DNA of 64,000 bases from assembly GCF_018350175.1 (NCBI RefSeq), contig NC_058368.1:104472001-104536000 (forward strand). Direction: 5' to 3'. Source of the DNA: Felis catus (taxonomy: Eukaryota). The first letter of the stretch is position 1, and each line of letters opens with the position of its first letter. The notes below the pieces were generated by a model. The model saw nothing but the letters and a program-made list of their open reading frames with translations, did no database searches and was not told the DNA's origin. Made by a program: the position numbers and the translations under genes. Positions 51,436 through 64,000 of this stretch are shown in pieces.

Positions 51436-51540
51436 AGAAAAGAGAGTAGTACTGTTCTAAGTGGATCTGAAAACTGGAGGAGCAGGTCTGAGGAAAGTTT
51501 GTTCCACTGCTTTTCGGTCAACTTTTTTCCCCTTTCTTCA

Positions 51541-51861
<321 letters not shown>

Positions 51862-52662
51862 TCAGAGAGGCCCAGATGTTTGGCAAGTCTCCACACTGCC
51901 TCAACATTCAGTGTATTCCAAACAAAACAGAACTTAGAATGGGAAAATATCCATATTTATGGATGAGCTGTGTGCCTAATCACTTGGTTTCTGCAAGCAA
52001 ACTGCATGGGTTTGTTCATTTGAATACAAAATTAAATTTCACCTGCAGATTGTGCCAGCATCCTGATTCCCTAAAATGTGGAGGTTTCCTGAGATGGTTT
52101 TTATTTGCAGAGATAGCTTATCTTATTGGCAAGCTTTCAGTGACACACAGCCACCTTCATGGTAAAGGAAACAGTAATTAAGCAGCACAAATCCCCAAAT
52201 GAAGGTTAAGGCTGTTTTTTTAGGATATCCATATCCCCCTCCCCCACCCCCTGCTGCAAAAGATGGGGAAACACAGAACAGTAGTAAGAGGAACTATAGG
52301 GGAGAATTGGGTCGAGTTGACTTGTCAGAAACAAAGATCTACTCAACTCCTTCAGTATTTTAAAAGGAGATTGCCATCGTTTTTTAAAACATACACAAAT
52401 GTACTGGTGTTACTACTGGAGATACTCCAATACGAACAGCTTGGTAATAGCAGCATGTCAAACACTAGGCTTTGAAGCTCCCCCATCTTGCTACTTTTCT
52501 CGACATAAGACAGCCTACTTATTCCTAGTTATTCTACTGAGCCTCCAGCTTTGTCCTTAAAACTACAAATATGGTAATTTCACTTTTAAAACACATATGC
52601 ACTGTTGACTTATCATTAATCAATATTCTCAAGACGAATTCATTCCTGGGATATCCATTTTT

Positions 52663-52884
52663 TTCAAAAATTTTTTTTTCAACGTTTATTTATTTTTGGG
52701 ACAGAGAGAGACAGAGCATGAACGGGGGAGGGGCAGAGGAGAGAGGGAGACACAGAATCGGAAACAGGCTCCAGGCTCTGAGCCATCAGCCCAGAGCCTG
52801 ACACGGGTCTCGAACTCACGGACCGCAAGATCATGACCTGGCTGAAGTCGGACGCTTAACCAACTGCGCCACCCAGGCGCCCCA
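52663..52884 (-). mobile_element. Young Can-SINE
   Basis: TSD tgggatatccattttt at 52647 and 52885. Confidence 0.96.
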
Positions 52885-52904
52885 TGGGATATCCATTTTT
52901 TAAC

Positions 52905-53186
52905 TTTGCTTTACTCTTTCTCTCCAACTTCACCTCACCTTCCCTTCCTTATCTTGGCACGCTGCAGCCACAGAGATTCTCTTTTGTTCCTTGAATACCC
53001 AAAGATCATTTCTTCATCAGGATCCCTGCACTCGATGTCCTTTTGCATAAAAAGCCCTTAGGTAGCTTCTCATTTGTCCTGGGTCATGCTTTAGTGACTG
53101 CCTTACCAAGGTTGACTAGCCCACCACACTGCATCCTTATGCTTCACTATAGTTTTATGTTTTTTTTTTTAATGTTTATTCATTTC

Positions 53187-53220
<34 letters not shown>

Positions 53221-53545
53221 AAGCAGGGGAGGGGCAGAGAGAGAGGGAGTCACAGAATTGGAAGCAGGCTCTAGGCTCCAAGCTGTCAGCACAGAGCCCG
53301 ACGCGGGGCTCAAACTTATGAACTGCGAGATCATGACCTGAGTTGTAATAGGATGCTTAAGAGACTGAGCCACCAAGGCGCCCAGTTTTCTTTTATCTTT
53401 TACTGCCTGAAACTATTTATTTACCTCTGTGTCTCTTCTACTACAATGTGAGTGCCATAGGGGCTAGGTACTTTCTCACCCCAGTGTCCCCAAGCATCTG
53501 CAATTAACTTGGCACATAGTAGGTGTTCAGATATTCGTTTGAATA
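52905..53545 (+). mobile_element. L2 3' fragment interrupted by a SINE
   Basis: cagccacagagattctcttttgttccttgaa...caatgtgagtgccatagg...ggcacatagtaggtgttcagatattcgtttgaat, an L2 3' end. Confidence 0.7.
53157..53383 (-). mobile_element. Can-SINE with (GA)n
   Basis: Head, GA tract and poly-T tail. Confidence 0.93.
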
Positions 53546-56500
53546 TTTAAGGTATTGGAGTGAGTCTTTCTCTACCTCTTTGTCTCACCTCTAACCCTGA
53601 TCAGATACTCATTGTGCACAGTGGTCACTAATTAAGCAGATCATATGTCATAGCTAAAGGTTAGTGTTCCTCAGGGTGCCCACAAGACTATGGGCACTAC
53701 AGTTGGTCCCAACCCTTTCACCACCAACTCAGATCTCTGCCTGCTCTATTCCACAGAGCATGACTCTATTAATTATGTGCTAATCTCTACTGCTGACTAG
53801 GCTTCCTAGTGTAAGATTAGTCTTAAACTCATTCAAACAGAATTATATGATATTGGAGAAAAATACCATCTCATGTCAAACTAATGTAAAGACCAGAGGA
53901 CAAAAAGATTGGATTCTGATCTGTAAAACAATAATCTTTCCTTCACTCTTAAACTGGTAGCCTTCCACTTGTCCCTGGATCTCCCTGCTAACTGAGTGAT
54001 CTCCCTAACGCATAGGAAGGAACGTGATGAGCACTGTGCAAGGATCTGCTACTCAGCATTATTCCAAGATGGAAAGTAGATCTAAACAGTTTCACAGTAT
54101 GCTGTGCTACTCTCAACCAAGTGGTAAGCCCTGGCATACACATTTTCTATAAATTCAGCAGAATCAACAACTCCAGTACGTAAATGTGGTTGAAAACAAC
54201 AGCTTCCAAGCATGGCTTTGTCTACACATGATATAAATGAGGAGGGAAGGTCTCTGTTTGCCATGTTTACTCTAGGTAACAATTTCTCCCCCGTTGGTTT
54301 TGGGAACCCAAACCAGGTTGGGTGTAGGTTGGGAAGGCCCTACACCCACAGTGGCACATCTTCCTGGGGAATGGAATTTAAAAAGCTGTACTGTATGAAG
54401 GAGAAAGGAAACAAAATATTAGTTTCATTAAAGACAGAACCACAGATCTTAGAAATGAGAAGGATCAGGCCCTCTATGGCAGTGACCTAAGACTATCACC
54501 AGGATAGTGAACTGTACCTACATGCTTCTGGTGGAGGGGTTTAAGATTTATTGATGTCTCGCTGGTAAGGAAAAGAACTTACTGCTTTTACCTAGCTGAG
54601 TTGAGATGTTAAAGGCTTTAAAAAAAAATTCACATTCACAATGGAAATCTGCTTCGGTATTTCCAACATGACAAAACACAGCATGTGGTCTTGGTTGCAC
54701 CCAAGACAAATAAAACCTGTCATAGTAAACAGAGATGCTATTCATTCCAGATTTGCTGAAATATTTGTTCACCCAACCCAGAGAGCTGAGTCTTTAGTGA
54801 TGCTACAACCATTCTATTTAAAATTAGTTCTCTTTCCATTATTAGTCTCCATCTCTACCTTTTCTCATGTACTTAATCACTTAAACATGGCGTATTTGTT
54901 TACTGAGAAATGCCTTACTTAGCATTATGTAATTTTACTACCTGTGTATCTTCCACATGTCCTAAGGCACATGCATTTTACCACATTGTTAAATTAACTT
55001 TTTTTCTTTGTAAGCGCTGTAGGAGAATATTATATTAGAGTATGATAGGAAAAAAAGCTCCCTATACCTCTCCTAGGCAGAAATAAGATATTAAGGCTGC
55101 AATTCTGAACACTGGAGTCCCCTTAGTTTTAGAAATAAATGAAAAACGATACACTCCAATTGGAACTCTCTAATACTCTTCTTAGAATATTTTACTAACT
55201 CTGTAAACCCTAACACTATTGCTGTCAATGTCACACTCACTGAATCATGCCTTCTTGAAGTAAAATCTTAATATGGGCTACTCTGTCAATGTGACATTTT
55301 CATTAGCTCTATTATTTTTGAACACTATCTCAGCATTATAAAAAAATACTCTGAAAGGCAGTCTCTGTCTGTTAGCTCATGACTGGGAGAGGACAGCACC
55401 TTTTTGATTATGTCATTGAATTTAGTCATGAAACTTGTGTCCTTACTACATATAGACACAATTTTATCCTTTGTATTTTGTTACATGCCTCTGTGATATG
55501 AGCAAAAAGAGCTGTGTTCATAATATCAAAGAAGCACAATTGGGTCACCTTTGTCACAGACCAAAAAAAAAAAGTAAAAGGCCTAAGACTGGATTTAGAA
55601 TGTGCCTAAAACAAATTCCACAGCCTAACAATAAAGATGGTGACTCCTGCTGTTTCAAGTCCACTGCTGCTCAGAGGCGTGGATCACCCTGAAAGAGAAA
55701 GGGAATGCCGGCTTTTCATAAAAACTGAGGCTGACTCCAGTGGTCTTTATGGCGGAATCAAATACAACATGGGGGAGGACTGATTGGACCCATTCAGCCC
55801 TCCTTGAAGCAAGATAAGGAAAATAACTTAACTTTATAGCATTTTCCCTGTGAGGCACTCAAGGGCATACTATTAAAGCAACTGATTACAGTACAGAAAG
55901 AAGCCAGGGTCGTTTGAGCCTTTATTAGGGATTATTCATTTCTTGCATGAGGAGCTGCCCAGACTCGGGCTGCGTATCACTTACGTGGGGTCCCTGGATT
56001 CTTCAAACACTGCGTGTGTCTGATTAGAAGGGAAACAACATTGTTCTCGCCTGAGTAGAGAAACTGACCTTCACTGACCAGAATTTTTATTTCATACAAA
56101 GAACCTTTTGGCACGCTGGATCTCCAGGCTCACATGATCCCTCATCAGCAAGCTGCAGTGTTAGTTCATGTGCAAAATGAACAAGTCTGTCTAAGCCCAC
56201 GTACTGCCTTGGTTATTAACAGGTAATGTTGGAGCTTCTTTGCAAGAGTATAATGTAAATTTAATGCTGAGCTGACATTAACCAAACACTATTACAGTAG
56301 CTCTTGCTGAACCTGTGTTCCACAAGGAGGGGCTCGGGGCTTCCATTTAGTCATTTGTGCCATATGAGATGCTAAGTCCTCAATTCACATTCATTACCCC
56401 CTGAGTATAACGTTCCTATTTTTACCCAAATGACTGGAAACACACATGTGTATGCACGCACGCACACACGCGCATGCACACACACGCACCACACACCTCT

Positions 56501-57020
56501 ACCGAGAACAAAAGCCCATCATTTTAGATGACTGAAAGTGTACGTAATGAGGTGAGGTTGCTCTTAGGGGTCTTGTCTGGTCATTGGGCTCGAGCTAATC
56601 CAGGGAAACAGGGCCACCTGTTGCCTCGCCAGTGCTCCTCTGTGTCACCTGTGTCCAAGCCTCCTTCTCTCCAAACAAGTGGGAGCCCGGCCTGGGCTCT
56701 TGGGGGACGAGGACAGGCAGCATAAAGGGATGCAACCAAAGCTGAAAATGGAGCAGATACTGTGAGGCATCAACCCCAAGGGGCGAAGCGGGGCTAGAAT
56801 GAGGCTACAGGATAGAAGCAGAGCTTGGGGCCCTCAGTCACTGGCACGGGTGGGACGGCAGGTGCTCGGCTCTTCAGCCTCGGCAGTCAGAGTCCCAGGC
56901 CAGGGGAACTGCCAAAGCCCTGGAGCCAACTGAGGCAAGGTGTTGCAAGAAAGATCCGAGCTGACCACCCACCTGAGGCCCACTGGCACGTGGTGTCACG
57001 CTCAGCTTCCTTCTTCTCTT

Positions 57021-57095
57021 CTTTTTCTGAATTGAGGCACAATTAACATTTTATTAGTTTCAGGTGTACGAACATAATGATTCGCTATTTGTATC
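57021..57095 (-). mobile_element. Short L1 3' terminal fragment
   Basis: taacattttattagtttcaggtgtac..acataatgattcg resembles the reverse of an L1MA/L1_Carn 3' end. Confidence 0.7.
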
Positions 57096-58184
57096 TCCCA
57101 TGAAACAATCAACACAGCCCCTTTCTGACCACGGAGTTGGACTGCTGATTCAAGCCCACACAGCACATGAAACCATACGTCATGGCCCAGGCCCGGGGAA
57201 CGAGAAGAGGCCTCTCACACCACATGTCCACCTCCCTTCCTGCAGCTTCTTTTTCCAGATTTCAGTGCCAACAGCTTCACCACGCAGGGGGCCAGAGAAG
57301 GCAGTAGAAAATCAGTCCCAGAAAGGAATGACTGGTCACATGAGTGCCTAGAGACAAAACCCCTTTTTTTTCCCCTTCACATTACTACCATGACTATGGG
57401 ATTTCCAGGTATCTGGATGTCTCTATTTCCCTGTTTATACTCAGTGGTGCTATGTTAATTTTCATTCAACACACCGTTCTGGTAAGTCCTTTAACTCTCT
57501 CAAGTGTGGGACTTGCCAATACAGTAAGATTACAATTTCACTGAAGGTATTTACACCTACCACTTAGTACAAACTTAGTACAAGTGTCCTGTCCCCATAT
57601 CCCACCTCCTTCAAATTCTCAGTAAATTAAGCCATTTTTTCCCCTTCATCCTGCTTGGTGTTTAGCCCATTTCTTTCCGCCCAAGTAAAACTCTCCTGTG
57701 GAGAAGTCACCTCCACACACTAGATACCAGCAGCAAGAATAATAGAGGGATATACTTCAGCGGATTCAGGAGAAGGGAGTTAAACTCTTAACTGAAACAA
57801 TATAAATACAGGAGGGATTACAACCGGAACATTTAACGGCCACCTCTAAATGCTGTAAGGGAAAGGAAAAGAAGAGTACTGTGGGCTGAGATCAGAGGTG
57901 GCTTCACAAGAGTAGGATCCTAAATCATCTCGGATTTGGATATGTACCAAAAAGGGGAAACATCTCAAAGCTGGGATTAGACACAAAGGCGCTGTAGTAT
58001 GAATGCCGTGGCCTGTTTGATGGGAGCCACTGAAGAGTTTTAAGCGACAGAGTGATATGATAAAAGCTGTGTTTTGGAAGACTGATCTAACAGCTGCATT
58101 CAGGATGGACGGCAGAGGAAAGGAGGACAGACAGAGGCAAGTAAGAGTTGAGGTCAGTTATGACAGCCTGGGTGTGGGATGAGA

Positions 58185-59320
58185 GTCATTCAACAATTAT
58201 CTGATGTTTTCCAGGTGTTACATGCTACTGTAGGTGCTGGGTTCAGTGGTGACCAGGAAAGCAAGGTACCTGCCTTTGTGGCATCCATATTCCAGTGATG
58301 CTGCAGTCAAACAATATCAGATAGTGACAGGTAGAGGAAAGGGAGTAAGACAGGGTGATGTGATGGTAATTAAGGCAGGTCCTTGAAATAAGCACTCTGA
58401 GCAGGTGTTGGTTTTACTGAGACCAAAGGCTGAGAAGGTGCAAAAATCTGAAGGAGAAACATTTTGGAGAGAGGAATACGAAGTGCAATGGCTTTAAGGT
58501 GAGGACAACCTCAACTTACTGGGAGAAACCAATAGGAGCATGTGGCTTAAGCACAGTAAACAAGGAAGGGGATAGGACTCAAAAACAGTCTCTGGGGGGC
58601 AGATCACCTAAGTCCTCATGTGCTATGTTGAGGTTTTAATTACAGTTAGATTTAGAAGAAGGAAGTGATATGATCTCAAATACATTTCTAAAAGATCACT
58701 TTAGCTGCTGTGTAAAGAATGGATGGGGGTGGGGGACAGGGGCCCCGTTAGGGGGCCACTGTGTTAGTCAAGGTAAGAAAGGATGGTGGTGTAGACAAGG
58801 ACAGAAATCGGGCCAATAGTACTTGGCAATGAATTGGATATGAGGGATTAAAGATGACGGTAAGAACAATTCCAGTTTTGGCCTTGAGCCTCTGGTGGGT
58901 GGCAATGCCATTGACTAAAATGAGGAGAAAACGGAGGCACGTACAGATTGAGGAGTATATGGGACAGCTCTATTAGGGACAAGTTGGAGCTCATGGAGAG
59001 AGTGGCCTCACAGGTTTGGTATTCAGGAGAGAAGCCAGGGCTCAAGATAAAAATTTGAGATTCTATCAATTTAGGGACTGTATTTACAGCTATGGAAACA
59101 GATGAGATCATCTGTTTAGATAATCTGGAAATTAGATTATCTGAATGATAGAGAGAAAGAAGAGGGCCCAGGACAGATCTCTGAGGCAATCCAGCATGTA
59201 GAAGTAGTGTAGAGAGGAGCCAGCAAAGGAAGCAGAAAGAAAGATTGGTGAGTTACAATGATACCCAGGAAAGTGTGTCATCACAGAGGCCAAGGGGAGA
59301 AGGTGCTTCCAGAACGAGAA
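58185..59320 (-). mobile_element. L2 LINE fragment
   Basis: Begins tcattcaacaattat (reverse L2 tail); aaagatcactttagctgctgtg; tcaggagagaagccagggct; agagggcccaggacagatc. Confidence 0.8.
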
Positions 59321-62300
59321 CAGGAGTAGTGAAAGAATCTACTACAGATCAGATGGGATGGGTCTGATGTTGCTTCAAAGCAGTGAAATCTTCCAACCAA
59401 GGCCTACCCCTAACACGAACTACCTGTCTGGTTTTTGCCTAAAATAACATCTTAACTAAAAGTGTGTATTTCTGGTGAGGACAGAAGTAGTGGATTGCAG
59501 AGGAGTGCAGGTAAACGTTGATTGGGTAGCTTCAAAAAGAGACAATAAATGTAAAAAAATCTTTGGATAAGTTATAAAGCAGAATAGAGAAATCAGCCTT
59601 AACTTTATTACTAAAATGATACTAAAAGTAAGGTATTGTTACCAAAAATTATGATGCTGATTCTATTGACTAAACTGTGCTTTTACTGGCCTCAAGAGGA
59701 AGATTTAAACTTCTACTATAGCAGTCTCAGAAAAAGGAAATTGAAAAACTGAAAAATATTTCAAACAGAAATAGCCGAAAACTTGAGATTGTGGACATTA
59801 CTTAAATAGGAATTTCTAAGACACGATATTGCTGATTGAACCAACATATTTACCTTCTACTCAGGAGGTCACTAAGTCCAGGTGAGACTGGCTGTCTATC
59901 TAGACCTTCCAATACCGTGGCACCAAATATTGGTTTAGCTTCCTCGGGCTTCAGAAAATAACAGAACAGGGCACTGAAATGTACTTTTGAGATGTCGAGG
60001 TTTCCCCTTGATAGGTTTTAGACAAAGGCCAGTTCCTTTCCAGTTGCTTTTTGCGATACTTGCCATTATGTTTTCAAAGATTAAAAAAATGTTTACCAGT
60101 GATGTGCTTGATGCATGTCTATCAAACAAGCTGCCTAGGAAATGGTAAAGCTGGATTTTATTGATCATCTCTCAAGACAAAACTTGTTCCAAAGTAATTC
60201 TGAATAACTTGTGTAGGGAGGGTAAAATACCTGTAAATAAACACAGCTCCCACTAAATCCTCAGTTGGGCAGTGGGGGGGGGGGGGGGCGGAGCACAAAT
60301 GGGTAATTCCTCATTTAGAGTTTCAAAAATCACTCTTCATACAGAGTTTCGGCTGGAATTCAGCATGTTTGAATTCCTGGGTGCATTTCTGGGCGAGGAT
60401 TTCATAGACCTAAACCCTGAAGACAGGCAACTGCCACTAATTAGCTCGGAGATGCTGGCAATTCGTCATCCGTTTAAGCTTCAGTTTCATCAGCTGCACA
60501 ACGGAAACACGACCCCTTGTCCTGTTCCCTCATTTTACAGACAGGGAGAAACTGTGCCCACAAGCTTTGATATCAGATGTCCTCCTGATCAGAGAAGGGG
60601 CATCACACACTGAAGAAATGGCATGGCAAATAGCCCGTGGCTTTGAAAGGCCCTAAACAAAGAATCTAGAGTAGTTTTTAACCAGACCATTTAGAGAGGA
60701 TCAGAACTCCCACAGAGATCCAGGCAGAACTGCACGCTGGCTTCTCCAGCCCCTCAATCATAACCAGGAAGCCTTGGCATCGGAAAAGACCCAGCAGAGG
60801 AGGGGATGTTAGCATTGCCAGGAACTCATTTTGCAACTGTTGGAGCCTCTGAGAGGGAAAAGCGCCTCCTAAAAGGCAGAATGATGTATTTTTCTCTTAC
60901 TATTTGACACATTTTAAAAATAATTTTTAATGACAGACCCCCGTCATCTCTGCGCTCTTCTCCCCCTCCAGAAGCACGCCTGTGTTTGCCTCGCAAGCCG
61001 ACAAATGTGAGGTGGAAGGGGAGAGGAATCCTTAGTGTGAACAAGAGTTTGTTTTAGAATCTCTGGACCTCAGCAGTCACACTTTCCAGATCATTGCTTT
61101 TAGAGCAGTCTGCTCGGTAATGGGGTTGGTGCACATGAAAATGTCAGGGAAGGGTTTGCAGAGGAACATTCAGCTGAGAAAACCAAAATGAAGATGCTAA
61201 TCAGAAACAGCAGTGTACTCGTACTATGCATTCCCTCTAGCCCCCGGAGGTCCAGAGGGGATTCTGGACTAATTCCTGTTAACACAATAGGGCTAGGACA
61301 CACTGCACCCCTCCTCTCCTCCGAAAGACACTCAGTCAGCATCTGGCCTGGAGCCAGAGAGGCATATTCTGAATTCAGAGCGTGCAACAATGTTGAGTAC
61401 AATTACGACATAATGGCTGCAAACTGTTCCTGAAAGCCAAGAAAACCTGAATGATGTGGTTGGGTTATATCATACATGAGGGCTTAATAGAGTTTAAAAA
61501 CCAATTTGAAAATTTCTTCATTCCATAAAGATGGCATTAAGATGAGGGCAAAATCATTCTAGTTCAAGGGATGGGAACAAAGTGCATAAGGACTTAGGCT
61601 GACTCCTTTCCACATTATCCTTCTTAACCAAAATGACCCACTCCCTTTGAAGATATCTGTGATATTTAATACTGACCCAGAAAGAAGGCATTTTCATTAA
61701 AGTATCTTAGTTTTATTGTACCCAGCTAGTAATGCCAGTTTCCTCGCTATTTACAAAGCACACAATCCCATTTCCAAAAACAACTCTCTGCCGTTCAAAA
61801 TCCATCCATCCAGGCAGTGTCTTCCATTCATCACTAATACTCTACTATTTCCAATTCATCTTGCCAAAGAGGCAAAGTTATCCCCATGACCACACAAGAG
61901 CTGAAAAGATGTTTCATTCATTTTTAGCCATTTTGTAGCAAGTGAGTGTAGAACCTCTGAGTTACTAAATCCAGCATTTTCTTGGACTTGTGATATCAAC
62001 AATACCTAGACCTGCTCGGTCTTGATGTTGGAAACAGTGTCCCCGTGAGGTCATGCTCCCCTAACCCTCAGTATAGAAGAGTCTATAATCCTCTGAATCC
62101 TACTCTGTGACAACATCTATCATGGAATATCTTCATATTTTGGAACTGGGAGGTGACTTTGCAGATCCCCTTGTTTTATGGATAAAGAAACTAATGTTTA
62201 ACTGAAGCCTTTCACACTGCATTTTTTTGGTTCTTATATTGGTTTTCTATATTTTTTCCTTGAACAATGGCTTATTTTTATACATAATGAGACCACCGCA

Positions 62301-62572
62301 GAATTTCCAGAATGAGAAGGCATCTCCAAGTTCAACCTCCTTTCTTCCCCACCCACCCCAAAAAAATCTCAGCAAGCTTTATACATAAATCCTCAGAGTA
62401 TAGCAGATGAGATATTGCATTTTGTTTAAAGTTTAATTTAAAGATGGAGAGTGAGGAAAGGCTCAGCTTCAGACAGCAGAATTCTTTTATTATAAGAATG
62501 AGGTTTGGTCTCTAAATCTAAGAAGATAAAGATTAACTTCATTTTTGAACCTGGAGAAACAGAGCTGAACTT

Positions 62573-62575
<3 letters not shown>

Positions 62576-62620
<45 letters not shown>
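62576..62620. repeat. (CT)n microsatellite
   Basis: Directly visible. Confidence 0.97.
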
Positions 62621-62628
<8 letters not shown>

Positions 62629-63777
62629 CTCCAGTCTAATGTCCTAGGCTGCCTCAGCTGACTGAATTTCTATTAAGTAACAGTATCCTTCCTCCTGGCT
62701 CACTGGAAGAACTATGTATTTTAAACAGTAAAGAATTAATAATCAAATCACTGAAACTCATGTCCTTCCTCCCGACTAAACTAGAAGCCATTTCCCCGAG
62801 ATTTCATGATTAATATGAAAAAGTACAGGAACAAAGAAAGGAAGTTCATGTGTTTCCAGAAGTAACATTCTGGTTTCTGTGGCAATCCCACCGGCAACGG
62901 AAGGGAGCAGTGTATCCCACCTGCCTGCTCCATGACAACACAAAAAGCTGTCAACTTTGAACTCCTTGGGAATGTTAGCAAAGTAGAGAAGATGACTGTG
63001 GCTTTCTTTCTGTCGTATTTGGGCAACCTAGCCTTAAAATAACGACCATACATAGATCCTCTATCCTGAAGGCAGGACGAAACAAAGATACTAGTGCCCT
63101 AGGTAAGCTAGCAAATTAGTATGCTTCAAAAGGACACTCTTCAGATATTTGCTCAACAGGTCTTTGGGTGAGGAGTTGAGCATGGCAGGCTGGATGGAGG
63201 GTGGAGACAGCGCTCCTGGAGCCTTTCAGCTTGCATATTCCATTGAACACAACCAAGGCCCTGCAGCCGATCAGGTCATATCTCCTTGGAAGGCAGTTTG
63301 GTGACCACATACATACCGAGATTCTCAAACATGCACTTCCCTACTCCACGCTGTTCATCAAAACGTTAGTAACTGCCGTATTTACACTGCATCTAGTAAT
63401 CTCTTGAAAGATTACTGTTTTATATTCCTTTCTCTACCTGTTGCATTCCCAATGATGCTATAGATCCAACCTCCCTTCAGGGACACTGTCTTTTCATTTC
63501 TAAAGCATGTGCTGAGTGTTTGCAGCGTGTCAGGCACTAGAAATGTAAGAGTGTCAAGATGCTTTCTTTGCCCGTAAGGACCTCACACTTTGGGCAGAAG
63601 AAAGATTTACAAACAATGCAATACTGCAGTGATGAAGCCTACAGTAGTAAAACAGTTGTTAGTTGATACTACTGGCGAAATGCTCTGAAATCCTTGGAGA
63701 TGGATACTTTCTTAAAACAAAAGATATTTTGAGTTTTGTTCTGGAAACCCCATCTTTGGTAAGGATTAGAATTGATG

Positions 63778-64000
63778 TTTTCTTTTTTTCTTTTTAATAA
63801 TTTTTTTAACATTTTTATTTATTTTTGAGAGACAGAGAGAGAACATGAGCAGGGGAGAGGCAGAGAGAGAGAGACACACACACAAAGAAGCGGAAGCAGG
63901 CTCCAGGCTCTGCACCGTCAGTACAGAGCCCAACGCGGGGCTTGAACTCACCAACTGTGAGATCACAACTTGAGCTGAAGTCGGACGCTTACCCAACTGA
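63778..64000 (-). mobile_element. Can-SINE cut by the window edge
   Basis: Poly-T tail, GA tract and SINE body; the head runs off the window. Confidence 0.93.

Noticed and set aside
61591..61606. 15/16 match (gacttaggctgactcc) to the minisatellite unit
   Set aside because: Similarity does not extend convincingly; too short to separate from chance.

Overview
Mammalian genomic DNA from a felid (cat-family) genome, identified by about 25 Can-SINE (SINEC_Fc-type) insertions, several of them near-identical young copies. The only convincing protein-coding gene is C5orf63 (glutaredoxin-like YDR286C homolog) on the minus strand. Its three coding exons (51729-51616, 47528-47472, 46333-46163) have canonical GT-AG sites and give 113 aa with a CPLC motif; its promoter is not seen and is probably beyond the right edge. 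A CpG island at ~21.7-23.5 kb carries an ATG-free minus-strand first exon ending at a strong donor at 22150. By recalled mammalian synteny this is the MARCHF3 promoter, which makes 1-22149 MARCHF3 intron 1 (no MARCHF3 coding sequence is in the window). The rest is SINEs, MaLR LTRs, a Tigger-family MER82-like element, hAT MER5-like elements, L1/L2/CR1/MIR fossils and microsatellites. I found no evidence of a novel multi-gene system. The best leads are: (1) a candidate alternative C5orf63 exon at ~40.2 kb resembling the alternative C-terminus I recall from the human isoform; (2) a ~55-bp-arm near-perfect inverted repeat in a C5orf63 intron; (3) mirror-image splice donors suggesting a bidirectional promoter; (4) a 5x45-bp minisatellite next to an AP-1/CCAAT cluster; (5) an intronic ETS+YY1+donor cassette; (6) nested and inverted SINEs and a SINE strand bias. 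Repeat family names come from recalled consensus sequences, not from a database search.
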